Positions 9,966 to 16,356 of a DNA stretch of 22,489 nucleotides are shown piece by piece. The stretch comes from Polyangiales bacterium. GTDB taxonomy: Bacteria; Myxococcota_A; Polyangia; Polyangiales; Houyiibacteriaceae. Every line of letters starts with the position of its first letter. The stretch's first letter is position 1. Location: assembly GCA_045106895.1 (NCBI GenBank), contig JBGCFM010000106.1:1-22489 (forward strand). The letters run 5' to 3'. The notes under the pieces are model-generated. The model made no database searches and had not been told where the DNA came from. It saw only the letters and a list, made by a program, of their open reading frames with translations. The position numbers and the translations under genes were made by a program.

Positions 9966-11227
9966 GCGCGGCCCGTGGTGGTGCGACCCCGCATCTCAAG
10001 CTCGTTTCGTGGCGGAAAAGGCCGTGCGGAGGGCAGGCCTTCTTTGAGGCATTGAAGAGCGTAGTCGCCGACGAGGCGTGGCAGATGCCGGGCAAGCTTT
10101 CCGTAGGCTTCGGTTCCTTGCCCCGCGAGCTCGCGCATGTACTCGTGGCCGAAGAGCACACGGACCCAGCGCGTCGGATGAGGCCCATACACGAGGTTGG
10201 CGAGGTGATGCTGGAAGAGCAGGTTTCGGCCCGGCGTGGTGCGCCGGAAATCCCGCTCGTAGCCGCGGATACGGCGCGAACTCGCGCCCGCAAGGCGCTC
10301 CGCTGCATAGGCCGCCATCTCCAGCGACGGCGCGATGCCTTCGCCCAGGAGAGGGTCGATGCCCCATGCTTCGCCGACGAGGACGAGGCCTTCGATGTGC
10401 GCTTGGTTCGAAGGGGCGTAGAAGTGCTCGGGCCAGCCGGCGATCTTTGCGTCGACGCGACGATATCCGTGCCGGTGAGCGAAGTCGTCGGTCCAGCTGC
10501 GGAGCTTGTTTCCGCTCACGATGCCGCGTCCGTCCATGACACCGATCTTGAAATGGCCGCTGTTTGGGTATGGGAAGATCCACGCGTATCCCGGGATTCC
10601 GTCGAACACCGGGTCGAAATCGAAGAGCAAGCGATCCGGCGTGGTCTGGGCGCGAGGTGTCGCCTCGTAGTAGGCCTCGACCAATCGTCCGAGACGTCCG
10701 CGGGGAATTCCCGAGCAGCGTGCGACGGCGCCGTGGGCTCCATCGGCACCGATGACCCAGCGGGCCCGCAGTTCTGAGACGCCGGATTCACGGCCTCGCA
10801 CATGAACGGTCCACTCGTCCGTGGCGCGTTCGAGCTTGGTGAGCGCCGTCCCTTGGAGCACCAGAACGCCTTTGTCCTCGACGGCGCGAAGGAGCGCGTG
10901 GTCGAGGTCTGCGCGGTCGTAGAGCCACTGCGGTCCAGCCTCCTGGACTGGGAAACGGCCCGCGCGAGAGGCAAAGTCGAGCCCGAGAGTTCGGAGCCCG
11001 CCGGGAGGCACGTCTGTCTCCGACGCGAAGTGGCCGGGCAAGAGCTCTTGGAGCAACGCCGTGCCGCGATGGGTGATGCCTCCGCCGCAGAGCTTCGGGC
11101 GGGGAAACGTCGCCTTGTCCAGGACCACGATGTCGTCGGCCGCTACGCCGAGGCGGAGAAGGTTGAGCGCGCTCGCGGTACCCGCGGGGCCAGCGCCCAC
11201 GATCGCGTAATGCCAGAGCTTCGACAC
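9962..11227 (-). CDS. Geranylgeranyl reductase family FAD-dependent oxidoreductase
   Basis: Rossmann motif IVGAGPAG, FPRPKLCGGGI, R..LDHALL, VIGADG, GYAWIFP, LVGEAWGIDPLLGEGI. Confidence 0.88.
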   Translation of the reverse strand: MSKLWHYAIVGAGPAGTASALNLLRLGVAADDIVVLDKATFPRPKLCGGGITHRGTALLQELLPGHFASETDVPPGGLRTLGLDFASRAGRFPVQEAGPQWLYDRADLDHALLRAVEDKGVLVLQGTALTKLERATDEWTVHVRGRESGVSELRARWVIGADGAHGAVARCSGIPRGRLGRLVEAYYEATPRAQTTPDRLLFDFDPVFDGIPGYAWIFPYPNSGHFKIGVMDGRGIVSGNKLRSWTDDFAHRHGYRRVDAKIAGWPEHFYAPSNQAHIEGLVLVGEAWGIDPLLGEGIAPSLEMAAYAAERLAGASSRRIRGYERDFRRTTPGRNLLFQHHLANLVYGPHPTRWVRVLFGHEYMRELAGQGTEAYGKLARHLPRLVGDYALQCLKEGLPSARPFPPRNELEMRGRTTTGRA

Positions 11228-11307
11228 GCGCTTCTTCTAGGACCGCTTTTGTAGGCGCGCGAGGACTTTCTGCATGCGCCGACGCTCAGGGCCCGTACGA
11301 TAGCTCC

Positions 11308-12117
11308 ATGCTCAACCCACAATCCGTCGTTACCGGTGGCGCCAGCGGCCTTGGCCGGGCTCTTTGTCTTGAGGTCGCCAGGCGCGGCGGCAATGTCGTT
11401 ATCTCCGACGTCGATCTGGAAGGCGCCGAAGAAACCGCCCACCTCGTCGAAGCCGCCGGCGCGAAGGCCTTCGTTGAGCGATGCGACGTCTCTAACAAGG
11501 ATGATGTCGATGCGCTGGCGGAGGCATCTCGCAAGCACCTCGGGGACATCGACCTCCTGTGCAACAACGCCGGCGTCGCTGTGTCGGGCCCCTTTGAAGA
11601 GATCTCTCTCGAAGACTGGAAGTGGATCGTCGACATCAACCTCTGGGGCGTCATCTACGGCTGCCAGGCATTTCTGCCGGCGATGCGCGAGCGACGCAGG
11701 GGTCATGTGTTGAACGTCGCCAGCGCAGCAGGACTACTGCGCACGGCCAATATGTCGCCCTACAATGTCACGAAGGTAGGCGTCGTTGGCCTGAGCGAGA
11801 CGCTGAACACCGAGTACAAAGAGCACAACGTCAAAGTGACGGCGCTCTGTCCCACGTTCTTCAAGACGAACATCATGGAAAGTGGTCGCGGCCCAGAGAT
11901 GAAAGAGACGCGCCTCGCGAAGAAGTGGATGGAGCGCTCGAAGGTGCAGGCGCCGGACGTGGCTCGAATCGCGCTGGAGGACCTCGGCGCCGGGCGGATC
12001 TACTCGGTACCTATGGCGGATGGGAAAGCGCTGTGGCGTCTGAAGCGTGCGGCGCCGGAAGCCTTCTACACCGTGCTCCAGAAGAGCACGGCGTGGATGC
12101 AGAAGCGCCGCCGCTGA
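11308..12117 (+). CDS. Short-chain dehydrogenase/reductase (SDR)
   Basis: TGGASGLG, NNAGVA, NVASAAG, catalytic YNVTK (YxxxK), CPTFFKT. Confidence 0.93.
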   Translation: MLNPQSVVTGGASGLGRALCLEVARRGGNVVISDVDLEGAEETAHLVEAAGAKAFVERCDVSNKDDVDALAEASRKHLGDIDLLCNNAGVAVSGPFEEISLEDWKWIVDINLWGVIYGCQAFLPAMRERRRGHVLNVASAAGLLRTANMSPYNVTKVGVVGLSETLNTEYKEHNVKVTALCPTFFKTNIMESGRGPEMKETRLAKKWMERSKVQAPDVARIALEDLGAGRIYSVPMADGKALWRLKRAAPEAFYTVLQKSTAWMQKRRR

Positions 12118-12122
12118 TCGCC

Positions 12123-12560
12123 CTAGAGGACCTCGCACTCGTCGATGAACCCGACGTCGTCCACGATGCACTGGCCGCTGCCGGAGACGCTGATGGAGAC
12201 AGCGCCAGCCTGAGACGAGTAGAGCCAACCAAAGCTGTCGGCGGGTGCGTTCGCCGCCCGTCCGTTGAACTCAACGGTGGCTCCCTCGTCGCACTGCACG
12301 AGAATGCCTAGCCTGCGGAAGCCGAAGGTCTCGGCGCCGGTGAGCGTGGAGCCCGCTGGAATAGCGACGCCGTAGACGTCTGGATGATAGGTGGATGCGC
12401 GGGAAACCGGCCCTGTAGCGGTCCAAGCGCAGGGGGCGCCGTCTTCGCAGAAGTTTTCGAACTCCTCCGTGATGACGAGCTCATCGTTGCAGATACAGCC
12501 AACGAGTGAGGCACTGAGGGGGAGGACGAGAACGAACAAGAGTGCACCGAGGCGGTTCAT
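12123..12560 (-). CDS. Hypothetical Cys-rich secreted protein / lipoprotein
   Basis: 145 aa with a signal peptide ending LVGC (lipobox-like) and several Cys. The ATG overlaps the upstream stop (ATGA). Confidence 0.65.
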   Translation of the reverse strand: MNRLGALLFVLVLPLSASLVGCICNDELVITEEFENFCEDGAPCAWTATGPVSRASTYHPDVYGVAIPAGSTLTGAETFGFRRLGILVQCDEGATVEFNGRAANAPADSFGWLYSSQAGAVSISVSGSGQCIVDDVGFIDECEVL

Positions 12561-13252
12561 GAGCTGGCTCCAAGCATGAAGGCGAAGTTGAAGAAGACAG
12601 AAGAGTGGTCGAAGACGAGGTCGAGGGGTCCTGTGGGGAGAGTGCGCCGGAGCTGATATCCGATTCGAAGGTTGATTCCCTTGGCGCTTCGCCGGGAGAC
12701 GGGAATGAAGACGTCGAAGGCTGCGCTCGCTCGATATGCGCCACCGCCGGCGATGCGTGAGTTGTGAACCCAGCGCGAGAAGCCAAAGCCTCCCGCCAAG
12801 CGAAGTCCAAGCTGCAGACGGCCCGCTTGGAGGTAGGGAGTGAGACTGAGGTCGACCATTCCCATATGAAAACGTGTGGCTCGCGTCTCGACATCACCAC
12901 GGATACGCTGCTCCGTCGTGTCTCCGGCAAACTCGTAGGAGAGCTCGCCACCAAGTCGAAGCCAGCTCGTCGCCACGAGCTGAGCGCCTGCGTTGAGGTG
13001 CCACGAGGTGTCCGGTGTGTTGAACCCGATGCTCTCCAGCTGCTGGTAACCAGAGGACGAGTCTTCCTGAGTGAGGAACCCAAAGCCGCCTCCGATGTGA
13101 AAGAGCGCTCGTGGTGGAGGGGCTTGTTCCTCCAGGGGCCTGAGCTGTCGCTGTTGTCCGGCGGGCTGGTTCGAGGTTGGGGGCGCAGGAAGTTCCTGAG
13201 CCTGGGTGGTGGTGGTGAGCGCGAGGATCACCAAGCAGAAAAGGGTACGCAT
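12557..13252 (-). CDS. Secreted outer-membrane beta-barrel-like hypothetical protein
   Basis: Start reassigned to ATG 13252 (MRTLFCLVILALTTTTQAQE, signal peptide). Amphipathic beta strands (LRLGGELSY, LGLRLAGGFG, INLRIGYQ, VFFNFAF). Confidence 0.7.
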   Translation of the reverse strand: MRTLFCLVILALTTTTQAQELPAPPTSNQPAGQQRQLRPLEEQAPPPRALFHIGGGFGFLTQEDSSSGYQQLESIGFNTPDTSWHLNAGAQLVATSWLRLGGELSYEFAGDTTEQRIRGDVETRATRFHMGMVDLSLTPYLQAGRLQLGLRLAGGFGFSRWVHNSRIAGGGAYRASAAFDVFIPVSRRSAKGINLRIGYQLRRTLPTGPLDLVFDHSSVFFNFAFMLGASS

Positions 13253-13264
13253 AGGCCCGAGATT

Positions 13265-13280
13265 TGCACACCCTGTGCCA
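13265..13280 (-). promoter_or_regulatory. sigma54 (-24/-12) promoter for the beta-barrel/lipoprotein operon
   Basis: Minus strand TGGCACAGGGTGTGCA with exact GG-N10-GC spacing. Predicted +1 is ~13254, essentially at ATG 13252. Confidence 0.55.
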
Positions 13281-13443
13281 CGTGTTTGTGTGCCACGATG
13301 TGCCTGATGTGGGCCACCAAAAGACAAAACCTAGGGTTTGTTACTCGTTGTGGCTCAGCGCGGTGTGAACTAATTTTCGATAAGCGACGATACGTCTAGA
13401 TAGTCTTTTTGGAGGACACCAGTCAAAACACCGTGTTTTTGCA

Positions 13444-13459
13444 TGGCACAGCTCCTGCT
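13444..13459 (+). promoter_or_regulatory. sigma54 (-24/-12) promoter for the ncRNA-slipin unit
   Basis: TGGCACAGCTCCTGCT, GG-N10-GC, close to consensus TGGCAC-N5-TTGC. Predicted +1 ~13470. Upstream region is AT-rich with palindromes. Confidence 0.75.
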
Positions 13460-13565
13460 CTAGTAACCACCGTGTTCAAACAAACCGAAAGCGACACTCC
13501 AGGCCCTCGTCATGGAGTCGGTCACTGGTTTCCAAGTGTCGTGGCACAGCGTGGCCTGAAACCGC

Positions 13566-13689
13566 GCCTGCTTTTTGGTCGAGCGCATCTTAACCTGACG
13601 GTAGCGGGTTCGATTCCCGTCCGGCCTCCGGGTCGGTAACTCATTGGTAGAGTATTAGGCTTTCCCCGAAACGATTCTGAAAAGACGGC
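13566..13689 (+). ncRNA. Circularly permuted tRNA-Lys(UUU)-like RNA, Y RNA (YrlA-type) architecture
   Basis: In order: TTAA (13590-93), anticodon 3' strand CCTGA (13594-98), variable CGGTA, T arm GCGGG-TTCGATT-CCCGT (13604-20), acceptor CCGGCC-TCCG-GGTCGG (13621-36), TA, D arm ACTC-ATTGGTA-GAGT (13639-53), A, anticodon 5' strand TTAGG (13655-59), CTTT. Flanks can pair (CTTTT/AAAAG, GGTCG/CGATT, GCC/GGC). Outer ends are approximate. Confidence 0.8.
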
Positions 13690-13775
13690 CTGGCCCCTCC
13701 GTACTGGGGTCATCCAGAGACTTCGTTCCTTCGTGGTGTCGCCGTTTGGCGGCGCCGGCGATGGCAGCAAGCACG

Positions 13776-13849
13776 GCTGCATTCATGCACGCATCTCCTT
13801 GGCCAAGGTAGCTCAGCTTCTTCGGAAGGATGAGCCCTCGCCTCGGCGA
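13776..13849 (+). ncRNA. Second, degenerate permuted tRNA-like module
   Basis: TGCA-TTCA-TGCA hairpin, capped stem CCTT-GGCC-AAGG, then TA-GCTC-AG-[CTTC-TTCG-GAAG]-GAT-GAGC (tRNA 5'-half signature GGTAGCTCAG...GAGC) and TCGC-CTCG-GCGA. Confidence 0.4.
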
Positions 13850-13992
13850 CCCGTTCATGAACCCAGCGTTCTTCCTCGTTCGTTGTGCAGCCCCGGCTGC
13901 AGACGGAGGGGCGGAGTCTCCACATCTTTGCGCCCCGCCTTCGTGGGTGGGGCCGCCTGGCGGACGTACGCCTTAGGAAAGAGAGAGAGACA

Positions 13993-15078
13993 ATGTTCAG
14001 CACCTACGAAATCCGATTCGACGAGCGAGGCGTTCTTTTGCGCGGCGGCGTTGCCGAGGCTGCTTTGATGCCCGGTCGCCATCGCTTCTTCGGAAACACC
14101 GACCTGCTGCGATTGGACCTGAAAGACCTGCTCATGGACGTGCCAGCAGAGCTGCGCGCGGTGATCCCAAGCGACTGGTACGAGGAGTTCGAGGTCGCCG
14201 AAGATGAGCGCGCGGTGCTCTTCGTCGACGGCGTGCCACGGCGCTTCCTTCGCCCGGGTGTTCATCGCCGATGGGTCTTGGACGCGGACGTGAAGCTTGT
14301 GCGCTACGACGCTACGAAGCCTCTGGCGAAGCCAACGAAGGAGCTCATGCAGCTCATTCCGGCGAGCGAGGTGTCGTTTCAGGTAGTCGCCGAGTACGAG
14401 CGCGGCGTGCTCTTCGTCGCAGGTCGCGTGGACCGCGAACTGAGCCCGGGCATGCACGTGTTCTGGACGCAGGCGCACGCGCCGGTGGCCGTCACGAAAG
14501 TCGACCTGCGTACGCAGCTCGTCAACGTGATGGGCCAGGACCTGATGACGCGGGACAAGGTCACGCTTCGTCTGACGCTTACGGCGGAGTACGAAGTGCA
14601 AGACGTGATGCGCAGCGTGCTCTTGCGAGAGTCCGTGCGAGACGCTGTCTACCTGCGACTTCAGCTGGCTGCGCGTGAGTACGTGGCGGGCGTGAAGCTC
14701 GATGAGCTTCTCGACGGCCGCAGTGAGTTCGCGACGCACTTGCAGGCAGCGCTCACCGCCGACGCAGAAGCCATGGGCCTGAAGCTCATCCGCGTGGGAG
14801 TGAAGGACATCGTCCTTCCGGGTGACATGAAGGTGCTTCTCAACCGCGTCATCGAGGCGGAGAAGGAAGCAGCGGCGAAGGTCATTCTACGACGCGAGGA
14901 CGTGGCAGCGATGCGTTCACTGGCGCAGAGCGCGAAGGTCCTCGAAGAGTCTCCGGGCGCGATGCGCTTGAAGGAGATGGAAGCACTCAAGGACATTCTT
15001 TCGCAGGTCGGCGACCTCCACCTGGTGGTTGGCGACGGCCCCGGAAGCCTGGCGGGCCTTCGCTTGCCGAAAGCTTGA
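13993..15078 (+). CDS. Slipin-family SPFH (band 7) domain protein, no transmembrane anchor
   Basis: ATG 13993 follows purine-rich AGGAAAGAGAGAGAG; 361 aa. Three ER[G/A]VL..G.....L.PG.H repeats, SPFH core (VDLRTQ..GQDLMTRDKVTLRL, LDELL, VGVKDIVLPGDMK) and a coiled-coil tail (EAEKEAAA..RRE..AAMRSLAQSAKVLEESP.AMRLKEME). Confidence 0.92.
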   Translation: MFSTYEIRFDERGVLLRGGVAEAALMPGRHRFFGNTDLLRLDLKDLLMDVPAELRAVIPSDWYEEFEVAEDERAVLFVDGVPRRFLRPGVHRRWVLDADVKLVRYDATKPLAKPTKELMQLIPASEVSFQVVAEYERGVLFVAGRVDRELSPGMHVFWTQAHAPVAVTKVDLRTQLVNVMGQDLMTRDKVTLRLTLTAEYEVQDVMRSVLLRESVRDAVYLRLQLAAREYVAGVKLDELLDGRSEFATHLQAALTADAEAMGLKLIRVGVKDIVLPGDMKVLLNRVIEAEKEAAAKVILRREDVAAMRSLAQSAKVLEESPGAMRLKEMEALKDILSQVGDLHLVVGDGPGSLAGLRLPKA

Positions 15079-15088
15079 GGGCTGAGTG

Positions 15089-15124
15089 AATAGGGCGGCG
15101 TCCTTTGGGGCGCCGCCCTATTTT
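15089..15124 (+). terminator. Intrinsic terminator after the slipin gene (possibly bidirectional)
   Basis: AATAGGGCGGCGTCC-TTTG-GGGCGCCGCCCTATT, a 15-bp stem with one G-U, ending in TATTTT. It starts 10 nt after the slipin stop, between convergent genes. Confidence 0.85.
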
Positions 15125-15147
15125 ACGTGGCTTCTACTTGCGAGACA

Positions 15148-15561
15148 TCAGGCGTACATCTGCGCGCGGGTTCTCCTCACGGCGCCACGCAGCTCAGCGG
15201 CTCGCGTTGCGCTCGCCATCACATCCAGAAGCCAGCCATCGAATCTCGCTTGCTCCATGGTCTGCAGCGACTCGGCCCTATGCCGAACTGCGCCATCTTC
15301 GGTGAGGGCCACGCCATGCATGGCGTCGGCGATGCGGCAGGCGAGGAGCTCGTGGGCGTTCCAGATCTCCAAGGGAACACCACCATCGGCGAGGGGGACT
15401 TCCGCCCAATAGCGCGGTGTGAAGTCGAGCTGCGAGGTGAGGTCTTCCCAGTCCTGGCCGTCCTCCACGCCGGGCCAAGCGCCGACACGAAACTTCGCCG
15501 TGGAGAATCGGCTCTTGAACGAAGGTTTCTCGCGCCCAAATATATACCAGCTGTAGCTCAT
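15148..15561 (-). CDS. Hypothetical protein (137 aa)
   Basis: Start reassigned to ATG 15561 (MSYSWYIFGREK), directly downstream of a sigma54 motif. Protein-like composition. Confidence 0.6.
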   Translation of the reverse strand: MSYSWYIFGREKPSFKSRFSTAKFRVGAWPGVEDGQDWEDLTSQLDFTPRYWAEVPLADGGVPLEIWNAHELLACRIADAMHGVALTEDGAVRHRAESLQTMEQARFDGWLLDVMASATRAAELRGAVRRTRAQMYA

Positions 15562-15572
15562 GCCGAGTGCTT

Positions 15573-15589
15573 TGCATTGGCTATGCCAA
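15573..15589 (-). promoter_or_regulatory. sigma54 (-24/-12) promoter, leaderless arrangement
   Basis: Minus strand TTGGCATAGCCAATGCA, GG-N10-GC. Predicted +1 ~15562, adjacent to ATG 15561. Confidence 0.6.
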
Positions 15590-15697
15590 GCATGTGCGCC
15601 CTGTTTTTGAGCCGCTCCAGGAGTTAGCGGCAAGTCGATCGTGGAGTGTGCTTCCCGCCTCTGTGGTGATTCGTTCACATCTCGTAGGATGTACCTC

Positions 15698-16324
15698 ATG
15701 AAGTGGGTTCGAGCACTGCCGCAAGAGCAGGGCGCCTATGTCGTTGGAATGAGCAAGTCGTACCGCGTCGAGCATCCATGGGTGTCGCTCGGGAACCCAC
15801 CGGAGGGTCGGGACATCTTTCGCGCGGCACATGAGGTGCTGACGGGCGCCGGCGCCAAGTACGGAGAGCTGTGGATTCAGGGCGCAGACGTTCCAACCTT
15901 GCGCGGCTTGTGGATTCCTAACCCCTACAACGCCGACGCTGCAGAGAAGTGGTTCCACGCGGGATTCTGGGTGACCAACACCAAGGGTGGCCAAGGGCAA
16001 GACATGCTCGACCCCACGGCGATGCTGCTCTTGGGCCCTGGGGTCATTACTTCGCGAGCCGCGCTCGGTCACCAAAGCTCGAAGGCCGCCAAGTCGCTCG
16101 TTCATCTTCCGGAAGTCGAAGAGCACCACTTCCAGCGCGGGCGTGCCTCAAAGCTGAGCGGCGAGCCGTATTGGGACAAGTACGCGAGGGCGAAGGACTA
16201 TGTCTCAGCGCACACTTTCACCGCCGAGGGCCTTGCGCACCGGTTCTTCTCCGTGGATTGCTCGTGGGCACGCTCCCTCGAAGCATTCGTGGATGGCAAG
16301 TGGCAGCAGTTTGTCCGCCCCTAG
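15698..16324 (+). CDS. Hypothetical protein (~208 aa)
   Basis: Long ORF with protein-like composition. Start placed at ATG 15698, 7 nt after TAGGAT (-10-like). No family recognised. Confidence 0.65.
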   Translation: MKWVRALPQEQGAYVVGMSKSYRVEHPWVSLGNPPEGRDIFRAAHEVLTGAGAKYGELWIQGADVPTLRGLWIPNPYNADAAEKWFHAGFWVTNTKGGQGQDMLDPTAMLLLGPGVITSRAALGHQSSKAAKSLVHLPEVEEHHFQRGRASKLSGEPYWDKYARAKDYVSAHTFTAEGLAHRFFSVDCSWARSLEAFVDGKWQQFVRP

Positions 16325-16356
16325 CCCAGAGCCACTAACCCAATCGAACACTCGGG

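Noticed and set aside
13542..13556. Additional TGGCAC sigma54-like sites (13542 plus, ~18818 plus, ~22188 minus)
   Set aside because: They have GG-N9-GC spacing or no GC at -12, whereas sigma54 requires N10.
13590..13663. A conventional functional tRNA-Lys gene, or an integration att site
   Set aside because: The halves are in reverse order, the acceptor is capped by UCCG with no A73/CCA, and no integrase or duplicated tRNA 3' end was found. Maturation to a working tRNA is unlikely though not excluded.
13409..13858. Short ORFs across the leader (13409-13639 +, 13522-13782 -, 13655-13858 -)
   Set aside because: They lack protein-like features and overlap the promoter and tRNA-like structure, which explain the sequence better.
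13885..13992. 36-aa N-terminal extension of the slipin ORF
   Set aside because: It overlaps RNA hairpins. The purine-rich RBS and the first repeat point to ATG 13993.
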